64,000 bases of DNA from contig CAZDZJ010000015.1 in NCBI GenBank assembly GCA_964509895.1, positions 14,983 through 78,982 of the forward strand. Direction: 5' to 3'. Source of the DNA: an uncultured Gemmatimonadota bacterium (GTDB lineage Bacteria > Gemmatimonadota > Gemmatimonadetes > Palauibacterales > Palauibacteraceae). A program made the translations under genes and the position numbers. This document shows positions 55,358 to 64,000 of this stretch, in pieces. Each line of letters begins with the position of its first letter. Positions within the stretch are counted from its first letter, which is position 1. The notes beneath the pieces are model-generated. The model ran no database searches. It was given only the letters and a program-made list of their open reading frames with translations, and had not been told where the DNA came from.

Positions 55358-55566
55358 TCACGGGGGTCATTCGTGGCTACCAGCTCGTCGTTTCTCCCTG
55401 GTTGCCGCCCGCCTGCAGGCATGAGCCCAGCTGTTCGGACTACGCCTTGACAGCGGTCCGCCGATTTGGGCCCGCGCGGGGGGCGTGGCTGTGCGTCCGG
55501 CGCCTGCTGCGGTGCCAGCCGTTCGGGTCGCAGGGCTACGATCCGGTCCCCACGCGGGAGCACTGA
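55345..55566 (+). CDS. yidD: membrane protein insertion efficiency factor YidD
   Basis: VIRGYQLVVSPWLPPACRHEPSCSDYA ... RCQPFGSQGYDPVP signature. Confidence 0.85.
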   Translation: MGRLITGVIRGYQLVVSPWLPPACRHEPSCSDYALTAVRRFGPARGAWLCVRRLLRCQPFGSQGYDPVPTREH

Positions 55567-57284
55567 TGGAACGCCGCCTCCTCCTGGCCATCGCGCTGAT
55601 GGTCGGCGTCATGATCCTCTCGAACGTGCTCTTCCCCCCGGTGGAGAGGCCGCTGGAACCGGTGCCGTCGGATACCGTGGAGGAGGCGGGGACGCAGGAC
55701 GCGGCGGATGAGTTGAACCGTCTCTCCGCGGAGGAGCGGGCGGCGCGGGAGGTGGCGGACGTTCTGGCCGATGCGGAGGAGGCGCCGGCGGTCGTGGAGG
55801 CGGAGGAAGCCGCTCCAGCCGCCCCGGCGAGCTCGATCGTGACGGTCCGGTCGGAGTTGTATGAGTACCGTTTCGACACACGGGGCGCGCGACTCGTGGG
55901 CGCGACGATGCTGGCATACGAGAACTTCGCCGAGGGTGGGCATGGCGGGCCGGACGTGGAATTGATCCGGCCCGACGATGCGATCCTGGCGTACGCGTTG
56001 ACGCTGCGTGGGGACACCGTCTCGCTCGGACCCATTCCCTTCACGCCCTCGAGCACTACGCTGGAGGTGCGGGACGGACCTGCGGAGCTGCGGTTCGAGG
56101 CCGCCATCGGCGAGGTCACGTTCGATGTGTCGTATCGCTTCCGGCCGAACGACTATCGGGTCGACGTGAGCGGAGGGCTGCGCGGACTGGGAGACGTGGG
56201 GCACGTCGTTCTCGTGGACCTCGGCCGAGGCATCGAGCGAAACGAAGCCGTGCCGCGGGAGGACAGGGACGCGATGGCGCTCGTCACCCGCAGCCGCTCC
56301 GGGCGGATATCGGCCGAGCGCCTCAACCGCGTGGACGCCGACGAGACGATGCCGGTCGCCGGCAGCCCGTTCAGCTGGGTCGCCTCAAAATCGAAGTACT
56401 GGCTCGTGGCGGTCGTGACGCCGCCGGCAGGCGCGGGCATCGGCGGCGTAATGCTGCGGGGCGTCCCGGAAGAGGTGGCGGCGGAAATGCAGGCCGCTCT
56501 ACCGGTGCCGGCCGGCAGCGACGGTTTCGAGTACACCGCGTACATCGGCCCGCAGGACTTTTCGCGGCTCCAGGCGGTGGGACAGGAACTCCACAACGTG
56601 AACCCCTACGGGTGGAGTTGGCTCCGGTGGTTCATCCGGCCCTTCGGGAACCTGATCGTGGCAATCCTGATCTGGATGCACGAGTCGTTCGCGATGGCAT
56701 ATGGCTGGGTCCTGATCCTGTTCGGCGTCGCCTCGCGGATCATCCTCTCCCCGATCTTCCACATCTCGGGCCGAGCGCAAATGAAGCAGATGGCGCTGCA
56801 GCCGGAGATCAAGAAGCTGCAGGAACGCTACAAGGGCGACCAGCAGCGCCTGCAACAGGAGCAGATGAAGCTGTTTCGTGAACACGGCGTGAATCCGCTC
56901 GGCGGCTGCCTGCCGATGTTCCTGCCGCTCCCGATCCTGATCACGCTCTTTTTCGTGTTCCAGAACACGATCGAGTTTCGGGGCGTCCCCTTCCTGTGGC
57001 TGCCGGATCTGTCACTGAGGGATCCCTGGTTCATCGTCCCGGTCCTCATGGGCGGCTCGATGCTCGGGCTGAACTGGATCACGCAGCGCGGGATTCAGAC
57101 GAGTGGACAGATGAAGATGTTCTCTTACGCCCTGCCGGTCGTCTTCACCTTCTTCTTCGCCAACTTTGCCGCGGGGCTGAACCTGTACTACACCGCCTCG
57201 AACATCATGTCCCTGCCGCAGCAGATGTACCTCTCCCGCGAACGCAGGAAGGCCCAGCCGCCACCGGCTCGCAAGAAGGAGTAG
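55566..57284 (+). CDS. yidC: membrane protein insertase YidC
   Basis: Start at Met overlapping yidD stop (cacTGATGg); N-terminal TM, large periplasmic domain, conserved C-terminal 5-TM core (LGGCLPMFLPLPILITLFFVF ... NLYYTASNIMSLPQQ). Confidence 0.9.
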   Translation: MERRLLLAIALMVGVMILSNVLFPPVERPLEPVPSDTVEEAGTQDAADELNRLSAEERAAREVADVLADAEEAPAVVEAEEAAPAAPASSIVTVRSELYEYRFDTRGARLVGATMLAYENFAEGGHGGPDVELIRPDDAILAYALTLRGDTVSLGPIPFTPSSTTLEVRDGPAELRFEAAIGEVTFDVSYRFRPNDYRVDVSGGLRGLGDVGHVVLVDLGRGIERNEAVPREDRDAMALVTRSRSGRISAERLNRVDADETMPVAGSPFSWVASKSKYWLVAVVTPPAGAGIGGVMLRGVPEEVAAEMQAALPVPAGSDGFEYTAYIGPQDFSRLQAVGQELHNVNPYGWSWLRWFIRPFGNLIVAILIWMHESFAMAYGWVLILFGVASRIILSPIFHISGRAQMKQMALQPEIKKLQERYKGDQQRLQQEQMKLFREHGVNPLGGCLPMFLPLPILITLFFVFQNTIEFRGVPFLWLPDLSLRDPWFIVPVLMGGSMLGLNWITQRGIQTSGQMKMFSYALPVVFTFFFANFAAGLNLYYTASNIMSLPQQMYLSRERRKAQPPPARKKE

Positions 57285-57319
57285 CCCAGCCGCCGAGCCG
57301 AACGGAGCCCCGGGCGGGG

Positions 57320-58147
57320 TCACCGCACGTGGGAAACGGAGACCCCGATCAGACGCTCCGACTGACGGAAGAACTGTTCCGCGCGGGAAGGGCCGAGTCC
57401 CAGTAGCAGTCCGACACGCGACCCGCGGCCGAGCCCCGCGCCGATCTCGGCAGCGATGCCGGGGTTCCACTCCAGCTCCTCCCAGGCGAAGAGATCGATG
57501 GAGGCAAGGAGACGCGCGGCCGATCCCGGCGGCGACTCCCAGGCTGCGCCCGCCCGCACGGAAAGAGGCTCGAAGTCGTCGGTCGCGCGCAGGAGGACTC
57601 CCGGGCCTCCGTAGACGGCGAGACCCGGGGCCGGCGACCCCTGGAGCATGAATTCCAGTCCCTCGCGGCTTGTGCTGATGGGGCGGGTGCCGGTGTCCAC
57701 GAGGAACTCGTCGCCGAGGTGGGAACTCACATGATAGAGTTCGGCGCGAGCGGCGATCTCGCCGAGCCGCGCACGAAGGAGAACGCCCAGCCGGTAGTGT
57801 ACCTCGACAAGGGCCTGGTCCGGACCTCCGAGATCGAAGCGGGAGAAGACACCGCCGTGGACAGCACCCGCGTATTCCGCGGCCCCCTCGGGATCGCGCC
57901 GGATCCAGAACCCGAACCGGTCGCCGAGATCCGCGAGGGCGATGCCATCGCGTCCGGCCTCCCGGGTCGCGGCAAGGAAGGCGAGCCGATGCACGGGTTC
58001 GAGGGGGGAACCCGCGGGCGTGCGGAAGGGATGACCGTTCCGGTCGCGGATTCCAACGGCCGGGCCGTCGCTCGCCTGCCCGACGAGAGGCCGCAGGACG
58101 GTAGCGGACGACAGGACGAGGAGCCCGCAGGTGAACAATACACGCAC
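57320..58147 (-). CDS. hypothetical exported protein (conserved HxSSHxGDE motif; possibly DUF1207-like outer-membrane protein)
   Basis: Probable GTG start giving signal peptide (M)RVLFTCGLLVLSSATVLRPLVGQA; motif LYHVSSHLGDEF; track ORF 57320..58396 N-terminus looks non-coding. Confidence 0.4.
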   Translation of the reverse strand: MRVLFTCGLLVLSSATVLRPLVGQASDGPAVGIRDRNGHPFRTPAGSPLEPVHRLAFLAATREAGRDGIALADLGDRFGFWIRRDPEGAAEYAGAVHGGVFSRFDLGGPDQALVEVHYRLGVLLRARLGEIAARAELYHVSSHLGDEFLVDTGTRPISTSREGLEFMLQGSPAPGLAVYGGPGVLLRATDDFEPLSVRAGAAWESPPGSAARLLASIDLFAWEELEWNPGIAAEIGAGLGRGSRVGLLLGLGPSRAEQFFRQSERLIGVSVSHVR

Positions 58148-58200
58148 ATCAACGGCCCGGACGAAAGGCGCCCGGACGCGGCCCGCCTCGGGTTGAGCCG

Positions 58201-58998
58201 TCAGGCGGCGCGCTGACACCTCGGACAGAGCACGGTCTTCCGTCCGGTCACACGGAGCGATGTCAGTTCGTGTTGGCACCGCGGACAGAAACCGCCCGCC
58301 GATCGCGAATTGATCAGCCACCCGGGATCCGAATGTGCGGCGCTCCAGTGGAGCGTGGCCCGCCTCAGAACCCGCCGCAGGTAGCGGTGAAGCCAATCGA
58401 GCTGCGCAGGCCCCAGGAGGCCGACCCGCTGGTCGGGCCGCACGCCGGCCTGAAAGCAGATCTCATCGGCGTAGTCATTGCCGATGCCCGCGATCGCCTT
58501 CTGGTTCAGGAGAAAGCCCTTCACCGTGGAGCGGGCATTATGCTCCGCAAGCGCCTCGAAGCGCTCAAGCGTCAGGTCGTCGCTAAGCGGGTCGACCCCA
58601 AGGTGTTCCAGCGAGCCCTTCTCGTTGAACTCGCTCCCGGCGACGGCCTGGACCGTGCCCTGCGAGCCCGAGGAAGAGAAGCGGAGCTCCCTGCCGGCCG
58701 CAAACTGGAACCGGATCCTCGTCCGGTCGGTAGGGGGTGCGGTCTGGGACTCGAGGCGGAGGAGGCCGTCATCCCCCATGTCGAACATGAGGCTGTACTC
58801 GGAACGGAAGCGGAGGACGACGTAGCGACCGTGGCGTTCGACGGATTCTATCGCGTGGTTCTCAAGGTGATCTTCGACGATGGCCGGCTCGATCGACACA
58901 ACGTCCGGGTCGTCGATTCTGATGATCGAGATCGTCTTGCCGGTCGTGTAGCCGGCAATGCGCTCGATCATTCGCTCAACGTCGGGAAGCTCTATCAT
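58201..58998 (-). CDS. Fpg/Nei family DNA glycosylase (formamidopyrimidine-DNA glycosylase-like) with non-proline N-terminus
   Basis: Start at internal Met MIELPDVERM (cf. MPELPEVE); H2TH region; C-terminal zinc finger CPRCQHELTSLRVTGRKTVLCPRCQ. Confidence 0.75.
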   Translation of the reverse strand: MIELPDVERMIERIAGYTTGKTISIIRIDDPDVVSIEPAIVEDHLENHAIESVERHGRYVVLRFRSEYSLMFDMGDDGLLRLESQTAPPTDRTRIRFQFAAGRELRFSSSGSQGTVQAVAGSEFNEKGSLEHLGVDPLSDDLTLERFEALAEHNARSTVKGFLLNQKAIAGIGNDYADEICFQAGVRPDQRVGLLGPAQLDWLHRYLRRVLRRATLHWSAAHSDPGWLINSRSAGGFCPRCQHELTSLRVTGRKTVLCPRCQRAA

Positions 58999-59270
58999 TG
59001 CATCACAACTCCGGTGGGCCAGACTGGGTGCGAATAGACGTACCCCCGTACGAAAAAAAAGTGCCCCGTGCTTCACCGGGCGCGGGACGAGGACACCGGG
59101 AGCGGAGGAGCAGACGCCAGCGGACACACGCGCTCCAACTGTGCCGAATGTTGCCGGCGGGTCTCAACCCGGTATCAACTACTTGGGGCCGTCGGTGGTG
59201 CCCCGATGAATCTCGTGCATGGTAAGACTATGGACAGCAACGAGTTACGGCAATACGGCGAGTGTACGAC

Positions 59271-60020
59271 CTAGCCAGCCGGACGAAACCGGTCGGCGAT
59301 CCTCTGCTGAACGGCCGCCGCAGCGGCAGCAGGGTCCGGAGCGTTCCGGATGGGGCGGCCCATCACGATATAGTCGGCTCCGGCTCCGAACGCGGCCTCA
59401 ACGTCCACGGTCCGCTTCTGGTCGTCGGTGCCGGCCTCTACGGCCGCGCGGATGCCGGGGACAACGATCCGGAAGTCACGTGACACCGCCGAGCGAATGC
59501 GAGCGGCCTCGTGCCCGGAACTGATCACACCGGCACAACCGATCGCTTCCGCTCGCCGGGCCCGAGACAGGACCACGGCGCCAATGTCCGTTTCAAAGCC
59601 GAGATCTTCCATATCCGCGCGGTCGAGGCTCGTGAGGACGGTTACCGCGAGAATCCCGAGTTCACCTTCCGCGGCGTCGCAGGCAGCACGGAGGATCGCA
59701 TCGTTTCCGTGTACGGTCACGAAGTCCACATCTCGTGTCCGGAGCTGCCGGACCGCGGAACGGACCGTCTGGGGAACGTCGAAAAGCTTGAGGTCGGCAA
59801 AGACTCTCTTGTCCCTTGAGCGAAGCCAGTCGGCCAACTCGAAATAGCCGCCGCCCAGGAAGAGTTCGAGACCGATCTTGTAGAAGGACACGGTATCGGC
59901 CAGCGTCTCCACGATCCGTCTCGCATCGGACGCGGTCGGGACATCGAGCGCCAGGATGAGGCGGTCGGTCGTCGGGATTGTGGTGGAGATGATGGGCCTC
60001 CCGGGATGGCTGTCTGTCAC
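59271..60020 (-). CDS. pyrF: orotidine 5'-phosphate decarboxylase
   Basis: LILALDVPTASDARRIV...FYKIGLELF...DLKLFDVPQTV motifs; 249 aa. Confidence 0.9.
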   Translation of the reverse strand: MTDSHPGRPIISTTIPTTDRLILALDVPTASDARRIVETLADTVSFYKIGLELFLGGGYFELADWLRSRDKRVFADLKLFDVPQTVRSAVRQLRTRDVDFVTVHGNDAILRAACDAAEGELGILAVTVLTSLDRADMEDLGFETDIGAVVLSRARRAEAIGCAGVISSGHEAARIRSAVSRDFRIVVPGIRAAVEAGTDDQKRTVDVEAAFGAGADYIVMGRPIRNAPDPAAAAAAVQQRIADRFRPAG

Positions 60021-60153
60021 GAACCCTGCGGTCGGATCGTCCGGTCAGCCGGTGCCGGACCGCGCGGTGAGCGGAAACCGGGCCGTGAGGCGTCGCCACG
60101 AAGCTCTTCGGGACCGCGTGTGCCTGCAAGGGGCGGAGGATCGATGTCGCGGC

Positions 60154-60169
60154 TGTTTCACGTGAAACG
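60154..60169. promoter_or_regulatory. parS centromere-like site (TGTTTCACGTGAAACG, 15/16 to consensus)
   Basis: Palindromic match to parS consensus TGTTNCACGTGAAACA ~230 nt upstream of parA. Confidence 0.8.
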
Positions 60170-60220
60170 ATTCGCTTCCTGGCCACGGAGCGCTTCCACC
60201 GTCGCGCTTCCGGTCCCCCC

Positions 60221-60236
60221 TGTTTCACGTGAAACA
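60221..60236. promoter_or_regulatory. parS centromere-like site (TGTTTCACGTGAAACA, perfect consensus)
   Basis: Exact 16-mer parS consensus ~160 nt upstream of parA; a degenerate third copy (TCTTTCACGGGAGACG) at ~60276-60291. Confidence 0.85.
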
Positions 60237-60395
60237 CCAAGTGGTCCAGGTCGCCCGGGTCGCGACCGTGCGGTATCTTTCACGGGAGACGACGCTCGGA
60301 AGCGTGATGCACGCACTTGTCGAGTTCGGTTGATGCGGCACTAATCCTTTACAAGGTGTTCGCCTAACAGTGCACGTCGGTTCTTACAGCCACGG

Positions 60396-61196
60396 GTGGC
60401 AACCAGCGAGGGACGGGTCGTTTTGGGAAGGGTGATCGCCATCGCCAATCAGAAGGGCGGAGTCGGCAAGACCACCACGGCGATCAACCTGGGCGCCTCG
60501 CTGGCGATCGCCGAGCGAAACACCCTCGTCATCGATTGCGACCCCCAGGGCAACGCGACGTCCGGCTTCGGGCTGCGGAGGGACGCGGACGTCCCCAGCG
60601 TCTACGACTGTCTCGTGAACGGGCAGCCCCTCCAGGCGGCGGTGCGGCCGGAAGTCCACTTCCCGTGCCTGTCTGTTGTCTGCGCGAGCCGCGACCTGAC
60701 CGGCGCGGAGGTTGAACTGATCGACCGGTCGGATCGCCAGAGGATCCTCGGCCGGAAAATCGAAGCTCTGCGTGATGACTTCGAGTACATCCTGATCGAT
60801 TCCCCGCCATCGCTCGGTCTCCTGACGCTGAACGCGCTGGCGGCCGCCGACGCGGTGCTGATCCCGATTCAATGTGAGTTCTACGCGCTGGAGGGGCTCA
60901 GCCAACTTCTGAACACCGTGCGCCTGGTGCAGCGCAGCATCAATCCGGGGCTCGAGATCGAGGGCGTGCTGCTGACGATGTACGATTCACGCCTCAACCT
61001 GGCGAAGCAGGTCGCCGCGGAGGCGCGGGAGTACTTCGGTGGGAAGGTCTTCGATACCATGATCCCGAGGAACATCCGGCTCGCCGAGGCCCCAAGCTTC
61101 GGGGAGCCGATCGCTCTGTACGACGTTCTGTCGAGCGGAGCCCGGGGATACCTCAGCCTCGCCCGGGAACTCATCGACCGGCACGGGGCCGCGTAG
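60396..61196 (+). CDS. parA: chromosome partitioning ATPase ParA/Soj
   Basis: Deviant Walker A KGGVGKTTTAINLGASLA; 266 aa. Confidence 0.9.
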   Translation: MATSEGRVVLGRVIAIANQKGGVGKTTTAINLGASLAIAERNTLVIDCDPQGNATSGFGLRRDADVPSVYDCLVNGQPLQAAVRPEVHFPCLSVVCASRDLTGAEVELIDRSDRQRILGRKIEALRDDFEYILIDSPPSLGLLTLNALAAADAVLIPIQCEFYALEGLSQLLNTVRLVQRSINPGLEIEGVLLTMYDSRLNLAKQVAAEAREYFGGKVFDTMIPRNIRLAEAPSFGEPIALYDVLSSGARGYLSLARELIDRHGAA

Positions 61197-61197
61197 G

Positions 61198-62094
61198 TTG
61201 CCGCGGAACGACCGCCGCCTCGGGAAGGGGCTCGCCGCCCTGCTTGGGGAAAACCTCGGAGCAGAACGCGCGGCGGGGGAGATGGAGATTCCGATTGCGG
61301 CCGTCCAGGCCAATCCGTTCCAGCCTCGAGGAGAGTTCGATCCGGCCCGCCTGGCGGAGCTCGCGGACTCCATCAGGGAAAACGGTCTGCTGCAGCCGAT
61401 CGTCGTCCGGCCCGTGGACGAGGCTTTTGAAATCGTTGTGGGGGAGCGCCGATTCCGGGCGATTCAGAGTCTGGGGTGGACATCGGTTCCGGCGCTCATC
61501 CGGTCACTGAACGATGAACAGATGCTTGTCGTGGCTCTCGTCGAGAATCTGCAACGTCATGATCTGTCGTCACTTGAAGAGGCTCGCGGCTATCGTCGCC
61601 TGATGGACGATTTCGGTCTGACACAGGAAGAAATCGGGCGACACGTAGGGCGAGATCGGTCAACCGTGGCGAACGCGCTCCGACTGCTCGCTCTTCCCGA
61701 GGCCGTGCTGAGTCTCGTGGCGAACGGTGGGCTCTCCGCGGGTCACGGCCGTGCACTCCTCGCCCTGCCGTCTCCGGACGAGCAGTCCCGCGTTGCGCAA
61801 CAGGCGGTGGCGGAGGGATGGTCCGTGCGGAAGATGGAACGGCACGTCCGCCGGGCCCGCTCGGCGCGGCCGGGAGGCCGGACAAGCACGCGAAAGAAGG
61901 GCACGGGAACCGATGACCCCTTCGTGCGCCGCGCCGAGTTGGGACTGGAGCGGGGTTTCGGCACCCAGGTGCGCATCCGGACGCGATCGGGTGGCGCGGG
62001 GGAAGTGATCGTTCGGTTCCACGACACGGATGACTTTCTTCGGCTTGTTGCCTTGATGGGCGGGGCCGAACTGGCGGAGGAGCTCCGCGAATGA
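61198..62094 (+). CDS. parB: chromosome partitioning protein ParB/Spo0J
   Basis: ParB box GERRFRA and HTH LVENLQRHDLSSLEEARGYRRL; follows parA with 1-nt gap. Confidence 0.9.
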   Translation: MPRNDRRLGKGLAALLGENLGAERAAGEMEIPIAAVQANPFQPRGEFDPARLAELADSIRENGLLQPIVVRPVDEAFEIVVGERRFRAIQSLGWTSVPALIRSLNDEQMLVVALVENLQRHDLSSLEEARGYRRLMDDFGLTQEEIGRHVGRDRSTVANALRLLALPEAVLSLVANGGLSAGHGRALLALPSPDEQSRVAQQAVAEGWSVRKMERHVRRARSARPGGRTSTRKKGTGTDDPFVRRAELGLERGFGTQVRIRTRSGGAGEVIVRFHDTDDFLRLVALMGGAELAEELRE

Positions 62095-62903
62095 AGTTGC
62101 CCAGGCGCTGGACCCTGCACCTGGTCAGACGCGATGGGCGTCGGGCACGCTCCGTGGCGCTCGGCCGCTGGCGGCTGCTCCTTTCGGCCGCTGGCTCGAT
62201 TGTAGTTCTGCTGGGACTGGGCTTTCTCGGGGGCCTGCTGACGGCGTCGCGGATCGAGTCGCGCCGTGTGGTCACCCTGGAGACGAAACTCGCGGAACTC
62301 GAGGAGGAGCGGGCGAGGATGAGCCAGCTGGCGGGTCGCCTGAACGAAATCGAAGAGAGGTTCGGTGCCCTCCAGGATGCAGTAACGGCCGGCCGTCCGT
62401 CCGAGTCTCCACCGGTAAACGTTGCGTTCAGGGGAGGCGGAGAGGTCCGGTCGAGGCCCGTCGCGGAGGCGACGACCCCGGCATGGCCTCTGACGCAGCG
62501 AGGCTTCATCACTCGCCAGTTCGGCTCGAGGCCCGCCGATTCACGTGAAGGGCACACCGGATTGGACATCGCTGTCCCGACAGGATCGTACGTGCGCGCC
62601 ATTCAGGCGGGACGGGTCGAGGAGGCGGGCGAAGACCCGATCTACGGTAAGTTCCTGCGGATTGCGCACGCCGATGGGCTAACGTCATTGTATGGCCACA
62701 ACGCATGGCTGTTTGCCGCGGCCGGGGACGCGGTGGAGCGACTCGATGTCATCGCTCTCACGGGGAACACGGGGAGATCCTCCGCCCCCCATCTGCACCT
62801 GGAACTGGCCCGGAACGGCTCACTACTGGACCCACTCTCTCTGGTGGCCGACCACAGCGGTCGGGGCAACGCCCGGGCCCCTGCAGAGAGGCAACCGCGG
62901 TAA
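62091..62903 (+). CDS. M23 family metallopeptidase (membrane-anchored, coiled-coil N-region)
   Basis: HTGLDIAVPTGSYVRA and GNTGRSSAPHLHLE motifs; ATGA overlap with parB stop. Confidence 0.8.
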   Translation: MKLPRRWTLHLVRRDGRRARSVALGRWRLLLSAAGSIVVLLGLGFLGGLLTASRIESRRVVTLETKLAELEEERARMSQLAGRLNEIEERFGALQDAVTAGRPSESPPVNVAFRGGGEVRSRPVAEATTPAWPLTQRGFITRQFGSRPADSREGHTGLDIAVPTGSYVRAIQAGRVEEAGEDPIYGKFLRIAHADGLTSLYGHNAWLFAAAGDAVERLDVIALTGNTGRSSAPHLHLELARNGSLLDPLSLVADHSGRGNARAPAERQPR

Positions 62904-62915
62904 GGACGGAGCAAA

Positions 62916-63365
62916 ATGGCTAGAGATTCTCGACATGGCGGGCAAACACGCGAGTTGAGCGACGTTGTCTCGGTCGTCGCGCCGGGAATGACGATCCTCG
63001 GAGACGTGATGTGCGATGGGACGGTCCGGGTCGAAGGCAAGATCGAAGGTTCGATCAAGGCAACGAAATCCGTGGTGGTAGGCAAGGATGGGCGCATCAC
63101 GGGGGATATCGAGACGCAGGATGTCGTGGTGGCCGGCACGGTGGTTGGGACAGTGGTGGGCGCGAGTCGTGTGGAGTTGCAGGAGACCTGCAAGATCGAG
63201 GGCGACATTCGGAGCCGCCGGGTAAAGCTGGACGAGGGCGGGCAAATCGAAGGTCGACTCCACATGACGGCCAAGGCCACGGGGGAAACCTCCGCGATTG
63301 CCCCGCACAAGGAGACGCCATCCGTGCAGCCGCAGAAACCCCAGGCCGCGGCGCGGCGCGGCTGA
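62916..63365 (+). CDS. bactofilin (polymer-forming cytoskeletal protein, DUF583)
   Basis: Beta-helical repeat core VRVEGKIEGSIKATKSVVVGKDGRITGDIETQDVVVAGTVVGTVVGASRVEL with disordered termini. Confidence 0.8.
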   Translation: MARDSRHGGQTRELSDVVSVVAPGMTILGDVMCDGTVRVEGKIEGSIKATKSVVVGKDGRITGDIETQDVVVAGTVVGTVVGASRVELQETCKIEGDIRSRRVKLDEGGQIEGRLHMTAKATGETSAIAPHKETPSVQPQKPQAAARRG

Positions 63366-63453
63366 AGCAAGGTTACCGCCGCCGTCTCCCGAACACGGGG
63401 ACCCGCGCCCGGCCGGGCCGAGGGCCCGTCTTGACGGAGTTTTCTGGCCGCGC

Positions 63454-64000
63454 ATGAGCGACACCGTCCTCTTCGCCTTCGCGCTCGTGCCCCTTACGCT
63501 CGGTGCGGACTGGCTCGTGCGAGGGGCCGCCGGCCTCGCGCAGAGATTCGGTGTCAGCCCGCTCGTTGTCGGGCTGACGGTGGTTGCCTTTGGCACGTCG
63601 GCCCCGGAACTGGTCGTGAGTGCGATTGCGTCCCTGGAAGGCCGACCGGATGTGGCCGTTGGCAACATAATGGGGTCGACGGCCGCGAATGTGGGCTTGA
63701 TTGTGGGCATCGGCGCCCTCATGCGGCCGATCGAGGTCCACCGGCGGCTCGTCGTGCAGGAGACACCGCTCGTCATCATCGTCCTTTCTCTTGTGATGGT
63801 GCTCTCGCTCAACGATGCCCTCGGACGCCTGGACGGGTTCGTACTGGTGTTGGGGTGGGCCCTGTACCTCTTCTTCCTCCTGCGGTGGGAACGGCGAGCG
63901 GATCCCGGCAAGGCGGCCGCCAGTCTCCCGTCCGGCCCGCCCGCCACGCATGCGAGGGCCGACTCCGCCGCGACCGAGACGGCGACGCCGGGACTCTGGT
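63454..64000 (+). CDS. Ca2+/cation antiporter (CaCA, YrbG-like sodium/calcium exchanger family); 3' end beyond window
   Basis: Manual translation MSDTVLFAFALVPLTLGADWLVRGA...GLTVVAFGTSAPELVVS...GNIMGSTAANVGLIVG shows alpha-1 repeat signature GTSxPE; no stop before window end. Confidence 0.75.
   Translation, partial: MSDTVLFAFALVPLTLGADWLVRGAAGLAQRFGVSPLVVGLTVVAFGTSAPELVVSAIASLEGRPDVAVGNIMGSTAANVGLIVGIGALMRPIEVHRRLVVQETPLVIIVLSLVMVLSLNDALGRLDGFVLVLGWALYLFFLLRWERRADPGKAAASLPSGPPATHARADSAATETATPGLW

Overview
This is a 64 kb window of ~70% GC bacterial chromosome. Diderm-type genes are present (Skp, YidC/YidD, TatA, lipoproteins with lipobox and Tat signals, SLT), which suggests a high-GC Gram-negative lineage. 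Gemmatimonadota or Myxococcota are plausible; the phylum is a guess only. Coding density is high and many genes show 4-nt stop/start overlaps (GTGA, ATGA, TTGA). Many long ORFs in the supplied track are antisense or out-of-frame shadows typical of high-GC DNA.

The window contains the replication-origin neighbourhood:
- rpmH-rnpA-yidD-yidC on the + strand.
- dnaA-dnaN on the - strand, with DnaA-box and AT-rich spacers between them (candidate oriC).
- pyrF, fpg, then parA-parB preceded by two consensus parS sites.

Other recognisable housekeeping genes are priA, polA, cspA, gcvH-gcvP, dapF, mutY and trpF, plus a sigma-70 family factor, an HDAC-family deacetylase, an M24 peptidase, a Tat-exported PaoABC-like molybdenum hydroxylase with a cytochrome b, and two class-C beta-lactamase-like serine hydrolases.

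Accessory or defence-like content:
- An AbiEi/AbiEii (type IV TA / abortive infection) pair.
- A VapBC type II TA module with a textbook sigma-70 promoter and palindromic operator.
- An HNH endonuclease coupled to tatA.
- A compact dNTPase-like HD phosphohydrolase / radical-SAM / metallophosphoesterase cluster (YfkAB-like pair plus HD protein).

Other notable items:
- A probable frameshifted exported-protein gene (6680-8106).
- Two conserved genes (trpF, HDAC) whose homology extends upstream of any ATG/GTG/TTG.
- A Cys/His/Met-rich lipoprotein with repeated C-Y motifs.
- A bacterial spondin_N-domain lipoprotein.
- An orphan MotA/ExbB channel subunit.
- A structured leader upstream of dapF, carrying a perfect 13-nt SD, a 21-codon ORF and an intrinsic terminator.

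No rRNA, tRNA, CRISPR array, transposase or integrase could be supported from the sequence.
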